IMG/VR virus record: IMGVR_UViG_2651869816_000009
Reading direction: 5' to 3' (one strand)
Length of the DNA stretch: 64,000 nucleotides
Source: an uncultured virus (IMG/VR IMGVR_UViG_2651869816_000009)
Taxonomy: Duplodnaviria; Heunggongvirae; Uroviricota; Caudoviricetes
Numbering within the stretch: the stretch's first letter is position 1; every line of letters starts with the position of its first letter. A program made the position numbers and the translations under genes. The notes beneath the pieces are model-generated. The model did no database searches and had not been told where the DNA came from. It saw nothing but the letters and a program-made list of their open reading frames with translations. Of this stretch, positions 39,152-49,376 are shown in pieces.

Positions 39152-41995
39152 TTAAAATAGTTTTCTAGTTTCTTTCTTTCTAGTGTTTACGCGTTCTACA
39201 GTGTCGGCCACTAATTCACCTACAACTTTTCCGTCCATTTCAACTTTAGCAGTCAAATGAATATCTTGATCTTTGCCACCTGTACCGCCTAACGATTCCG
39301 CTACACCGTTTCCGATCTTCTGGAATACATCGTCATTTAATGGCATGATCGCTTCATCGTAGCCTTTAGCGTCACCGATTTTAACCATACGTTCCATACC
39401 TGGTTTAAATACACCGCCTTTTGCGAAACCGCCAACACTAGCGGATACAGCCATACTACGGCCACCACCAGATGCAGGAGCAGGAGCAGAAAAACCTAGA
39501 GCACCAGCGACAGCACCACCAACAGCCTTTGCAGAATCCGCTATACCACTTATGAAACCTTTCACTTTATCTACAGCTTTTCCAATCCATCCGACAACTT
39601 TATCAACAATCTTCCAAGCGTCTTCAAATGGCCCGCCTATAGCTTTTGTTACAACTTTGAACACTGTACCTATTGTGTTAACAGTACCCTGGAAAAATGA
39701 TAACAGGCCGTTTAAAACACCGTCAGCAACATTCACTATCGTATCCCATGTTTGTTGGAAGAATGTAACTATTGAATTCCAGACACCTTCCCAATTTCCA
39801 GTGATCAAGTTTAAAACAAGTGATATTATTAATTGTATCGCGTTCATTACCGTTTCGATAATACCACGAATTACAGGAAAAACAGTTGTTATAATGCCCA
39901 GAATAACGTTTAGTGCTGTTTGGAATACTACCGAAATTACACCCCAAATAACTTCAGTTATCTGTTTTATCGCCTGGTTGTTGTTATCCCAGAATGATTT
40001 CACACGACCGATTACCGATGTTACAACAGAATTCACCTGGTTTACTATAGTTGTTACATATGGAGAAATAGCACCCCAAACAGCATTAGTAACCTGTAAA
40101 ATGCCATCCCAGCACATAGATATGAATGATCCGATAGGGCCGATAAGAGACATTACACCGCTAGCTAGGTTTGTTACAATACTGATAACACCCGTTACAA
40201 CGTCAGCTATTGTTTGTTGAGTTTCTGGCGTTAGCCCAATCTTTTCCGCTATCTTGCTAGCTTCTCCCCAATCACCCGTAACCAGGGCCATGATCAAATC
40301 AATACCCTGTTTAACACCTTCAATAACAGCCATTGCCATTTCTTGCGCTTCTGGAGATAGCCCCATTTGTGTGAAAATCTCTTTTGCACTATTCGGGACA
40401 CCTTGACCAGACTTTGCATTCCATAAATCAACAAAGGCAGTACCTAAAGTTTGCAAAGGCCCCATGATCCCCTCAATTACAGCAGACCATTGCGCTTCCT
40501 TCTCCTGAGCCATTTGCACGGCTTCAGCGCGCTTTTGCATTATCACTTCAGCTTCTCGCATTTGTTGGTCGTATTGCTCTTGTGTGATCAATCCCGCGTC
40601 AAGTTGCTGGGCCAATTCTTGTTCTTTAGTCGCTAACATACCTTTTGCAGTTAGGTTTTCTTCCATAAGTTGTTTTGCGTCAGCTAACTTTTGATCATAT
40701 TGTTCTTGATTAATGATCCCTTGTTTCAATTCATTACCCAAAATTAATTCTTCCATTGCTAACTGGTTTTTTGTACCCGCCAGCAATTGCGTTGCTTCTA
40801 CAGCTTGTCCAGTTGGATCAAGATAGTTTGTGATTCCTTCGATAAGTCCAGTTGTTCCATTTGTTGCGCTCATTAAGGCTGGTGTCATTTGGTCATATAA
40901 AACCAATCCCAGGTTTGATGCACTTGACATCATATTTTTAGTTGCCCCATCAAGGTTGTTAGACATGACTTTGGCCATCATATCAGCAGACCCGCTTGAC
41001 ATATCCATGTAACGTTTTAATCTATCAAATTCCGCTGTACCACCTTTAATAACTGGCAACCATGCAGAAAAGGCTTCTTGTCCAAAAATAGCTTTTGCAG
41101 AAACGATTTGTTGTTCTTGTGATAAATTGCTGAAACCTTTTGATAAGTCGCCGACGATATCACGTATATTTCTCATTGATCCATCAGTATTAGTTGTCGA
41201 AACCCCCAACGCGTCAAGGGCTTTACTCGCTTCTTTAGGTGGCCCAGCTAAACGAGATAAACCAGCACGCAAAGCAGTACCCGCCATTGATCCTTTTGTA
41301 CCAGCGTTAGCAAATTCCCCCAGGATAACGTTTGTTTCTGATAAGTCCATACCAAACGCGTTTGCAACTGGCGCAACATATTTCATTGCTTCCCCTAATT
41401 GATCAATACTTGTATTTGTTTTTGACTGTGTAACCGCGAATAAATCAGACGCTTTTCCAGCTTCGTTCGCTTGCATGCTAAAACCAGTCATCGTATCGGT
41501 TACAATATCGGTTGCCCGTCCTAATTCCATGTTTCCAGCCGTGGCCATGTTCAATAGTGGGCCGATCGCGCTAATCTGTTGACTAGCATTCCAACCAGCT
41601 AAAGACATAAATTCGAAACCTTCAGCAACTTCAGTGGAACTATAGCGGGTTGACTTACCTAATTCGCGGGCTTTTGCGGTTAATTCTCCCATTTCATGGC
41701 CAGATGATCCACTAATAGACTGTACTTTACTCATTTGTTTTTCAAATGACATACCTTCTTTTACAGCGCCGACCAATCCAGTTGCTAAACCTAAAGAAGC
41801 GCCAGCAACTCCAGCAAGGCCTATACCCATTGCTACAGCGCTAGCGCCAACCATGCCAAATGTTTTGTTAACAGGATTAAAGCCATTAGAGATAGATTGA
41901 GAGGCTTTTCGCCCCTCGTTCTCACTCCTTCTTAGGCCGTTCCTGTATTCAGTATCTTTTAAACCTAGCGTTCCGAATATCTTGAATACTTCCAA
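39152..41995 (-). CDS. Tail tape measure protein (TP901 family)
   Basis: FEKQMSKV, GTKGSMAGTALR, periodic W/F repeats. Confidence 0.92.
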   Translation of the reverse strand: MEVFKIFGTLGLKDTEYRNGLRRSENEGRKASQSISNGFNPVNKTFGMVGASAVAMGIGLAGVAGASLGLATGLVGAVKEGMSFEKQMSKVQSISGSSGHEMGELTAKARELGKSTRYSSTEVAEGFEFMSLAGWNASQQISAIGPLLNMATAGNMELGRATDIVTDTMTGFSMQANEAGKASDLFAVTQSKTNTSIDQLGEAMKYVAPVANAFGMDLSETNVILGEFANAGTKGSMAGTALRAGLSRLAGPPKEASKALDALGVSTTNTDGSMRNIRDIVGDLSKGFSNLSQEQQIVSAKAIFGQEAFSAWLPVIKGGTAEFDRLKRYMDMSSGSADMMAKVMSNNLDGATKNMMSSASNLGLVLYDQMTPALMSATNGTTGLIEGITNYLDPTGQAVEATQLLAGTKNQLAMEELILGNELKQGIINQEQYDQKLADAKQLMEENLTAKGMLATKEQELAQQLDAGLITQEQYDQQMREAEVIMQKRAEAVQMAQEKEAQWSAVIEGIMGPLQTLGTAFVDLWNAKSGQGVPNSAKEIFTQMGLSPEAQEMAMAVIEGVKQGIDLIMALVTGDWGEASKIAEKIGLTPETQQTIADVVTGVISIVTNLASGVMSLIGPIGSFISMCWDGILQVTNAVWGAISPYVTTIVNQVNSVVTSVIGRVKSFWDNNNQAIKQITEVIWGVISVVFQTALNVILGIITTVFPVIRGIIETVMNAIQLIISLVLNLITGNWEGVWNSIVTFFQQTWDTIVNVADGVLNGLLSFFQGTVNTIGTVFKVVTKAIGGPFEDAWKIVDKVVGWIGKAVDKVKGFISGIADSAKAVGGAVAGALGFSAPAPASGGGRSMAVSASVGGFAKGGVFKPGMERMVKIGDAKGYDEAIMPLNDDVFQKIGNGVAESLGGTGGKDQDIHLTAKVEMDGKVVGELVADTVERVNTRKKETRKLF

Positions 41996-41997
41996 CC

Positions 41998-42270
41998 TTA
42001 TTCCCTCCTAAACTGTTTACTTAATTCGCGCGCATTTGCCATGACTTGTTCAACAGGTAGACTTTCTTTCTTATTTTGGTTACCTCCATCGTGGTAACCT
42101 GTTTCAATTAAGTAATCACTAAATGACTTATCACGGAAAGGATTATTTATATAAGCGTCCCAGCGCATATCGTATTCAATGGCCTTGTCCGTTACAGTCA
42201 TATATAAATCTATTAAGAAACTCCAGGGAAGTTCTAACACATCTTTTAACGATCCGTAACGTTTGGCCAT
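41998..42270 (-). CDS. Tail assembly chaperone, GT-like part
   Basis: Position before the tape measure gene; -1 frame relative to the upstream gene. Confidence 0.65.
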   Translation of the reverse strand: MAKRYGSLKDVLELPWSFLIDLYMTVTDKAIEYDMRWDAYINNPFRDKSFSDYLIETGYHDGGNQNKKESLPVEQVMANARELSKQFRRE

Positions 42271-42290
42271 GCGATCAATAATAGTGCCTA

Positions 42291-42710
42291 TTACATGCTT
42301 AGGTTCGTCACGGATTTCATAAAAGCCGAAATACCACCAACACGCTTAAATGCATTGAATACAATGTCAAAATCTGATCCGCATAACTCTTTCATTTCAC
42401 CTTTAGGAAGGTTTGACATACCCGACATAAGGTTGAACATTGCTTCAGCATCTTCACCCATCATCATTAGAATTTTGTTGTTTAACAGCATTGCAAAGTT
42501 GAACATACTTGAATTCTCTTTATCAGTTAACTTTTTCCCTTCAGCTTGCTTTCGTGCACTTTTAAAGAAGTTATCAACGTCACTTGCAGGTACGTCACCT
42601 AATAATTGATGTTTACCAGCTAAACCAGCAATAACCATGCGTTGCATTGCGTTAGGCTCTTTCATAGTGTATTTATTACCGTTTAATAGTTCGAATTGTA
42701 CTGATTCCAT
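42291..42710 (-). CDS. Tail assembly chaperone, G-like
   Basis: Position after the major tail gene. Confidence 0.7.
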   Translation of the reverse strand: MESVQFELLNGNKYTMKEPNAMQRMVIAGLAGKHQLLGDVPASDVDNFFKSARKQAEGKKLTDKENSSMFNFAMLLNNKILMMMGEDAEAMFNLMSGMSNLPKGEMKELCGSDFDIVFNAFKRVGGISAFMKSVTNLSM

Positions 42711-42775
42711 TTATATAACATCCTTCCGAGATAAGTATTTTAGTATTTAGAAAGAGGGCCGAAACCCTCTGTTAT

Positions 42776-43441
42776 TTATTCTTCGATCTTTTCAGCGTCT
42801 ATAAATACGCGTGCATGATTTTTTTCAAAGTTTGGCCCGCACTTACCGTCTGGCTCAAAGATTTCAATTTCAAATGGTGGCGTCATTGGATCGTTTGGAT
42901 CGTTATGTCCTGTGAATTCCACCTCTGGAGCAACTTCAGCTTCACTGAATACAGCTTCAAAACCAGATGTAGGCAACGCGTTAAACATCGTGATTCGATA
43001 AACATTACCGTCATTACTTCGACCAATTACAGTAATGTCATCAATGTAAACATCATCCCCACAAGCGTTCATAAGGTTTTCGTTTCCGCGAATGATCACA
43101 CCCTTACCTTTTACTTTTCCTGGCTCTGTTCCATCTTGTGTGTACTCTTGAATTTGAGCATTTAACAAGAAGTGTTTGATTAAATCTTTTCTGATCCACT
43201 CCAGGAAGCCCGCTTTCATCTTTGTTTCTGATTCAGATACATATTGTAGGCCTTTCACCTTACCGCGCACACCGCGTGCTTTAATAGCCTCTAAAGAAGG
43301 TGCGTAAGTAAATGACAAGTCACCTTGTGTAGCGCCTACGTCGATCATTTTTTCTTCGCCTTGTTTCCAGTTAAAGAAAACACCTGTACCAGATCCCAAT
43401 ACAATGTTTTCTGGCGTGAATTTATTAAATTGTGCAATCAT
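42776..43441 (-). CDS. Major tail protein
   Basis: VGATQG motif, position, followed by terminator AGAGGGTTTCGGCCCTCT. Confidence 0.8.
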   Translation of the reverse strand: MIAQFNKFTPENIVLGSGTGVFFNWKQGEEKMIDVGATQGDLSFTYAPSLEAIKARGVRGKVKGLQYVSESETKMKAGFLEWIRKDLIKHFLLNAQIQEYTQDGTEPGKVKGKGVIIRGNENLMNACGDDVYIDDITVIGRSNDGNVYRITMFNALPTSGFEAVFSEAEVAPEVEFTGHNDPNDPMTPPFEIEIFEPDGKCGPNFEKNHARVFIDAEKIEE

Positions 43442-43459
43442 GCTTTGTCACCTCATAGA

Positions 43460-43861
43460 TTATTTTGTGTCGTGTCCCGACGTTCTATATTTAACTAGGC
43501 TGAATCTAACTTCTTTACACCTCATTTCGAGATCATCAACGGGAAGATTCATTCTAGATATAAAATCAGTTTGGATCGTTAGCGGTTTACATGCATTGAT
43601 CAATGTACGATTTACAACCGCGTCATAGATTTCCTGGCTCGCAATGTCCAGTTTTTTGAAGTGTTCTGAAACACCCCATATATTTACAGTTACCGTAAAC
43701 TTTTCACTATACTTACTCATAGTAGCGTCACTTTGCAGATCGAATACCATGTAAGGCAGTTGTATGTTTTCGCCTACAGCTTCCTCATAATGCACATCAA
43801 TTCCGAGTGGATCAGCAATGTTCCACAACAATTCATTGACGTACTCAACAACCTGGATCAT
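43460..43861 (-). CDS. Tail completion/terminator protein
   Basis: LPYMVF motif, synteny. Confidence 0.7.
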   Translation of the reverse strand: MIQVVEYVNELLWNIADPLGIDVHYEEAVGENIQLPYMVFDLQSDATMSKYSEKFTVTVNIWGVSEHFKKLDIASQEIYDAVVNRTLINACKPLTIQTDFISRMNLPVDDLEMRCKEVRFSLVKYRTSGHDTK

Positions 43862-44283
43862 TTACCCATGCCACCCTTCATTGTTTGCGCAATAATTTGT
43901 TTTACTTGGCCTTTCGAACTCTCTCCAGCTTTACGCATGGCCCGTGTTCCCTTTTTACCGCGTGTAACATACCATTTACCTGTGGTTTTATCCTTGTACT
44001 TCCACGGTGTTTTTCGGCCGTTTTTCTCGGAATAAATACCCGTTCCGAATTCTTCATATATTAAATTGTCATCGTTCCCGCCCACAATTGCCTGTAAGTT
44101 TTGACCTTCACCAGTTACTTTACTTGTAATTGTTCTGGCAGTTGCGCCACTCTTTTTCCTGGTGTTTATCTTCGCTTGTGCTTCAATATGTTTGATCGCT
44201 CTTTGAAGGGCCACTTTTTGCAATTGTGCCGTTCTTCTTTCACATTCAGCGCGTCTTGATATGAATTCGCCCATTATGACCAC
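43858..44283 (-). CDS. HK97-gp10-like neck protein
   Basis: YEEFGTG motif. Confidence 0.8.
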   Translation of the reverse strand: MVIMGEFISRRAECERRTAQLQKVALQRAIKHIEAQAKINTRKKSGATARTITSKVTGEGQNLQAIVGGNDDNLIYEEFGTGIYSEKNGRKTPWKYKDKTTGKWYVTRGKKGTRAMRKAGESSKGQVKQIIAQTMKGGMGK

Positions 44284-44606
44284 ACATCCAGCGCGACCTC
44301 TATATGATCGTTAGAGTTATAAGGGTTTGACGCTTTAGTTACACGGTACTCTTTCCCATCTTGTATAACCTTATCGCCAGCCCTTACATCAATAACGGAA
44401 CAATACATAATAGCGTCAGTTGAGTTAACAATGCGATCCTGTTTAAAGCCCGCTGGTGATCCTGTTACCAATTCATCAACAATGGCTACAACCTCATTAA
44501 TCTTCTTAAATTCGCCTTTGTCATACGGGTTTTTCTTGTCCCGTTCGCCTTTACGCTGTATTTCCGTAGGTTTGCCGTGTTTGGCCAGTAATCCCGCGAT
44601 ACGCAT
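44274..44606 (-). CDS. Head closure/stopper protein
   Basis: GDKV...YRV...HIEV, synteny. Confidence 0.7.
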   Translation of the reverse strand: MRIAGLLAKHGKPTEIQRKGERDKKNPYDKGEFKKINEVVAIVDELVTGSPAGFKQDRIVNSTDAIMYCSVIDVRAGDKVIQDGKEYRVTKASNPYNSNDHIEVALDVWS

Positions 44607-44609
44607 TTG

Positions 44610-44975
44610 TTACCTTCCTTCTGGCCTACGTCCGCGAATACGCACACTTGGTGTTCTCATTCGCCTTGATAGCCCTGTTAATAATGTTTTGGGATAAATA
44701 CCTTCTGGCCCGTATTGAACGCGGTACGATCCCATTTGCTCACTTACAACGTCAGCACCTTCGCCAGATAAGTGATAAGTTATTAATCTAAACGCTACAA
44801 CCTCATAAGATTTAGGGAATTCACGCCCTTCAGCTTCAAAATCAACGCCAGTATAACCGACGATAAATTCTGTCACTACAGGGATAAGAATGTCTTCAAT
44901 GTATTCCTTTTGCATGGCCGTATACTCTTTTTGAGTAGATTTAGCGTAACGATCAAAAGTAGTTATCATTTTCAT
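44610..44975 (-). CDS. Head-tail connector
   Basis: SEQMGSYRVQY motif. Confidence 0.75.
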   Translation of the reverse strand: MKMITTFDRYAKSTQKEYTAMQKEYIEDILIPVVTEFIVGYTGVDFEAEGREFPKSYEVVAFRLITYHLSGEGADVVSEQMGSYRVQYGPEGIYPKTLLTGLSRRMRTPSVRIRGRRPEGR

Positions 44976-45011
44976 GTGTTAATCTCTAAAAAAGAGAGGG
45001 CCGAAACCCTC

Positions 45012-45848
45012 TTAATTTTTAGCAGTAGCCTTTTCAACTTTTCCAGCGTGTGCATAGATTGCGTTTTTCTTCATGTCTAACACGAATGCATCATAGTAGA
45101 AACGGCCCTCTACTAACGTTCCAGAAATTCCTGGTGGATCAAGGTGTACTTTTGTTTCAGCCAATTTAACAGGCGCAACAGTTGCCGACTTATGAGTGAT
45201 AATGAATTCTTGACCATTCATAAATGACTTTGGTGTTTTGATGATAGCAACGCCGTCTACCTCACCGACTTGACCTTTTAAAAGGATTGTTCCTTGTGCT
45301 AGATCACTAGCTTTCGTGTAGTTATCGTCTAGCTTTAATTTATTGATAAATGTAGGTGTCGCATGACACACGCGGTTTTCTGGTACAAAGTGATCATCCA
45401 ATGTTTCTTGCCCAGCTAGGAAGGATTCATAAGCATTTGTCTTAGTGATAGCACCGTCTACTTTTGTTCCAGCACCTTCAGACATAACTTTTAAGCGGTA
45501 TGTTTCGATTTCTGGAATAACAACTTCACGCATTTGACGCGCGATCGCTGGCGCAACCTTTACTTCACTTTCTTCCTCGTTCATTTTGTCCATTGTGAAT
45601 GTGAATGAACGGTCTTTTTTCATGATTTCTTCCTGTAGATCGTTTCCTAATTCATCAGCTTGACCATATCGACCTTGACCAGATCGCTTATAATCATTCA
45701 TTTCTACAGTTTGAACAGATGTAATTTTGATCCCTTTTGCTCCAGTGAATTCATAATCCTGGTTTGTTGATGCAGTCGTGACAGCAGACGGCGCGAAACG
45801 CTCGTCAACTAAAGGTGAAAACTTTTCAGTAAGATTTAATGTAGTCAT
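45012..45848 (-). CDS. Major capsid protein
   Basis: GQVGEVDGV, GTLVEGRFYYDAFVL; follows the scaffold gene; same terminator as the major tail gene. Confidence 0.88.
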   Translation of the reverse strand: MTTLNLTEKFSPLVDERFAPSAVTTASTNQDYEFTGAKGIKITSVQTVEMNDYKRSGQGRYGQADELGNDLQEEIMKKDRSFTFTMDKMNEEESEVKVAPAIARQMREVVIPEIETYRLKVMSEGAGTKVDGAITKTNAYESFLAGQETLDDHFVPENRVCHATPTFINKLKLDDNYTKASDLAQGTILLKGQVGEVDGVAIIKTPKSFMNGQEFIITHKSATVAPVKLAETKVHLDPPGISGTLVEGRFYYDAFVLDMKKNAIYAHAGKVEKATAKN

Positions 45849-45924
45849 TTCGTAAATCCTCTCTCTTTGTTTAATAGTATTGGAATTGCTTTTATAATGA
45901 CTTCAATTCCATCGGTCACAATCC

Positions 45925-46551
45925 TTATTGCCATTCTTTCATGAAAGCGTCACGGATCGGATCACTACCGCCTTTTTCGCCAGCGTCTTTCGATCCACCA
46001 GGTGTTTTATCAGCTAAGTTACTTTTAACGCGCTTAGTTAATTCACCGTCAAGATTTGCTTTGAATGCTTCTACATTCTTTGCAATATCTTCTTCAGTGT
46101 CGCCGAGCACGTTCATAGCAAAGCCAGCACCAAAACCAGCTTCCGCTAACTTGGCAACGGCAACGTCTTTCATTTTAAGTTTGTGGGCCGTTTGCTTCTC
46201 CTGGTCACGCTCTGTTTTGATCTGGCGCATTTCGTCCATTAATGTTTCCACTTCTGTTTTATTCTTTTCACCGAATTCCTTTTCGGCACTTTCGCGGGCT
46301 TTTCGTTGTTCCTCTTTTCGGATTTTACCCGCAACGCGATTTACTTCAGCTTGAATTTGCGCTTCCACTTGCTCTTTAGTAAATGTTTCTGGTGTTCCTC
46401 CACCGTCTCCAGCAGGATCATCACCTTCACCGCCTTCACCTTCACCGCCTTCACCTTCGCCACCTTCAGAAAAGAATTGTAGGCCGTGTTTAATATCACT
46501 TAATCGAATAGCAGGTTTTACAATACCTGTGCTTACTAATACTTTTTTCAT
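45925..46551 (-). CDS. Capsid scaffolding protein (DUF4355-like)
   Basis: LQFFSE motif, GEGEG repeats, TFTKEQV, coiled coil. Confidence 0.85.
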   Translation of the reverse strand: MKKVLVSTGIVKPAIRLSDIKHGLQFFSEGGEGEGGEGEGGEGDDPAGDGGGTPETFTKEQVEAQIQAEVNRVAGKIRKEEQRKARESAEKEFGEKNKTEVETLMDEMRQIKTERDQEKQTAHKLKMKDVAVAKLAEAGFGAGFAMNVLGDTEEDIAKNVEAFKANLDGELTKRVKSNLADKTPGGSKDAGEKGGSDPIRDAFMKEWQ

Positions 46552-46651
46552 TTATTACCTCCTGGTTTAAAGTCGCCAGTGACTATAAAGTTATTACTAA
46601 ACCTTAGTTTTCTGTGTCTAAGTCCACGTTTATTATATAAAATTTATATAG

Positions 46652-46852
46652 TTACAGACTTTTTAAAATCAGTTCTGTAACCTTCTTTAATGACTCTCTT
46701 CGTTGTCGTGGTGTCGTGTCATCCGTCACCGCGTTTAGGATCGGCATTTTTTCATCTAGTAGCGTTTGGTCAACTTCTTGACTAGCTGAACCTAACACCC
46801 CTAATAGAGCGCCTACTAAACTTACTTTGTCTTGCTGTTCTAAACCTTTCAT
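46652..46852 (-). CDS. Hypothetical head-region protein
   Basis: 66 aa ORF. Confidence 0.6.
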   Translation of the reverse strand: MKGLEQQDKVSLVGALLGVLGSASQEVDQTLLDEKMPILNAVTDDTTPRQRRESLKKVTELILKSL

Positions 46853-46860
46853 TCTATCAC

Positions 46861-47886
46861 CTACTTTGGTTGAAATAGTTTCTCATATTGTTTATATGTC
46901 ATTTCCACACCTTCAGTTTCCACGCTCTTTCCGTTCTTATCTCGTACCATACGTGTATTTGCGTATCTAATACCTTCAAAATATGGTATAGCCAGTGTAC
47001 GGCATCTTGCGTGTAATGGAGGGTAGTTGCTTCCTGGGCTTGCATCGGCCGTTATATAAATCTTTCCAGTGTCTAACGATCGACAGCGTTGTGAAGTCCT
47101 GGCATCAAATGTTACATGTAGTTTGTATTTATCAATGTCAGCTTCTTCATAACTGTCTAACGTGGCCTTTCCGTAGAAATAGGCCTGTTCTGTATAGATC
47201 ATAGTAATAGCGTTACGCAACGGTGCTTTCATTTTCTCGGCAAACCGTACGGCTATTTCATCAGCATGTAGGCCCTGTAAAACGCCTTGTGTCATTTCAC
47301 CGCGCAAATGGAATAATAGTATTCTCTTATTCTCCCATAAACGATCACTGAATTGGTTACCACTCCAGGGGTAACTTAACACACTTTTGATCATCTTGTC
47401 ATTAAGTTCGTACACCTTACTTTGTATACCATGCCTGTAAAAGTCGTATTTATTACTGATTAAAGTGTCCTTAAACGTTGATGTAAATAGGTTGCAAAGG
47501 CTTTTTTCTTCTGTCAACGCTATTTTCCCTAACTTGATTAGCATTTCACTTTGTACAGCTTCTAATCTACTAAGTTTTTTCATGTCCAGGTGGGCTTTCA
47601 CATCCTGGGCAATGTTCGGCGCTATGATCTGATCACTATTCTGTAATTCATTCAGAAACTCCACTAAACTAATACGCCTGTCATGTTTCTCGCGCTTATT
47701 AAGAGCCTTGACCAACTCGCTATAGTCAAAACCCTTTCGCGATAGATGGGCCCGCATTTCGGCCGTTACTTCCTTTTCAGCGCGTGCGAATGATTGACGC
47801 ATACGCTTTTCTAGTTTCTCGGCTTCAATGTATCCTTTCGCTTCCTGGGCTTCAGCGCGTTTGGCCCAATACATTTCACTATTCAT
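46861..47886 (-). CDS. Minor capsid/head morphogenesis protein (SPP1 gp7-like)
   Basis: YWAKR, FSDRLW, DARTSQRC, PPLHARCR. Confidence 0.9.
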   Translation of the reverse strand: MNSEMYWAKRAEAQEAKGYIEAEKLEKRMRQSFARAEKEVTAEMRAHLSRKGFDYSELVKALNKREKHDRRISLVEFLNELQNSDQIIAPNIAQDVKAHLDMKKLSRLEAVQSEMLIKLGKIALTEEKSLCNLFTSTFKDTLISNKYDFYRHGIQSKVYELNDKMIKSVLSYPWSGNQFSDRLWENKRILLFHLRGEMTQGVLQGLHADEIAVRFAEKMKAPLRNAITMIYTEQAYFYGKATLDSYEEADIDKYKLHVTFDARTSQRCRSLDTGKIYITADASPGSNYPPLHARCRTLAIPYFEGIRYANTRMVRDKNGKSVETEGVEMTYKQYEKLFQPK

Positions 47887-47889
47887 GAT

Positions 47890-49362
47890 CTACTTTCCTT
47901 TTCCTGGCGTTTGATCTTCGTCACCGTCAGAAAGTTGTCGCTCTTGTGTAGCATCGTTCTTTCCTTGTTCTTCCACGTTATCATTTTCCCCACTGAAAGT
48001 ATCTTTGTACGAGTCATACTCTTCTTCCTCCTGTTCTTTCTTCATTTCTATTAAGTGTTCAATGTCTTGTACAGCAGATAGATATTGATAGATAAACTTA
48101 TCTGGTAGTCCAGCTTGACGCAATTTCACAACAAGATCAGCTTCTTCTAAATAATTAGCTGGTAAGTTAGGTGTAAATTGGATTTTGACGTCTTTTAATC
48201 CAAACTCTTTTGATCCTGGCAACTTATCAAGGTATCCTTTGATGATCCCTAATTGATCTGTTAGCGCACGGTTAAACATACGCTCTTTTTGCCCGCGTAC
48301 TTGCTCCAGGGCCAACAATTTATATTTAATAGCGATCCCAGACAAGTTACCGCCAAATTCTTTATCATTCATGTTTGGAACGAATGTATATTTGTGTATA
48401 TCGTTCTCTACACGGGTTTTCATGTTCTCGTTAAACGTGTCATTGATCTGTTTTACAAGCCATTCAGCATCCCCGTTTTCATCTAACAGCATTACTTTAT
48501 CTTCTTTTAGGCTGTTTATATCATCCTGGTTTGTTTCGTTCATGTTAACCAGCTTTAGGATCGCGTCAGTGAAGTCAGATAAGTCTTCCATTGATCCAGA
48601 TTGCAGATCGTTATACGCGTCAATAGTTGGTAGAATATCTTCATAGTCTCCTAATTCAAACTTATTGTTCTGTATCTTAATAACTGGAATACGTGGGTTT
48701 CCGTCTTCGTCTACAATGTTGTGTACCTGTTCTTCTTCCTGGCTCATGTTCTCAATGGAAATGTCCAGGATTTCGTTTAATGGTTGTCCTAAAATCTTTC
48801 CTTCATACACAAACGAGTATTTAATGTATTGCACCTTGTCATAGATCGTCATTTCTACCTTGATTTCATTATCTTTCGTTACTGTCTCACTAAAACGAAT
48901 AACGTCTGTGATCTTAGGTTTAATAGAGTCGTCATAGATCGCAATTGTATGGCGCGGATCAATGTCTTTATAGTTCAGTTCTCCAGATTCATCGTGATAG
49001 AACAAGCGGAATGCACGGCCATAAATAGACATATCAAGGGCATTATCATAATCCACTGTTTGCCCGTCATTTTCATCCATAATGTCAAGTGCTGGCTCTA
49101 ATGCTTCAGTTTCCGTTGTGTTATACGTTACTGGCATTCCCATGAAATAACCCGTGCTGATCGTTGCTGTATACTTAGGGAAGTTGTGAACGATCCTAAA
49201 CGTCTTGTTACCGTTCTTCCTATCTTTCTTATTCTTTATTTCATGATGTCCCATGTAGTATTTGTATAGTTTTTGTAGGGCCAAATATCCCTTACTATTC
49301 CCAACTCCTTCTTTGATACGAAAATCAAAGTAAAATTCTTTCGCTTCATCAAATGTAAGCAT
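47890..49362 (-). CDS. Portal protein (SPP1 gp6-like)
   Basis: YYMGHH, GYFMGMPV, GNLSGIAIKYK. Confidence 0.93.
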   Translation of the reverse strand: MLTFDEAKEFYFDFRIKEGVGNSKGYLALQKLYKYYMGHHEIKNKKDRKNGNKTFRIVHNFPKYTATISTGYFMGMPVTYNTTETEALEPALDIMDENDGQTVDYDNALDMSIYGRAFRLFYHDESGELNYKDIDPRHTIAIYDDSIKPKITDVIRFSETVTKDNEIKVEMTIYDKVQYIKYSFVYEGKILGQPLNEILDISIENMSQEEEQVHNIVDEDGNPRIPVIKIQNNKFELGDYEDILPTIDAYNDLQSGSMEDLSDFTDAILKLVNMNETNQDDINSLKEDKVMLLDENGDAEWLVKQINDTFNENMKTRVENDIHKYTFVPNMNDKEFGGNLSGIAIKYKLLALEQVRGQKERMFNRALTDQLGIIKGYLDKLPGSKEFGLKDVKIQFTPNLPANYLEEADLVVKLRQAGLPDKFIYQYLSAVQDIEHLIEMKKEQEEEEYDSYKDTFSGENDNVEEQGKNDATQERQLSDGDEDQTPGKGK

Positions 49363-49376
49363 GTTATCAATCCTTT

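Noticed and set aside
42753..45012. Identical AGAGGGCCGAAACCCTCT hairpins
   Set aside because: Ordinary terminators after the major capsid and major tail genes.
46420..46470. CACCTTCACCGCCTT repeats
   Set aside because: They encode the GEGEG linker of the scaffold protein; ordinary low complexity.
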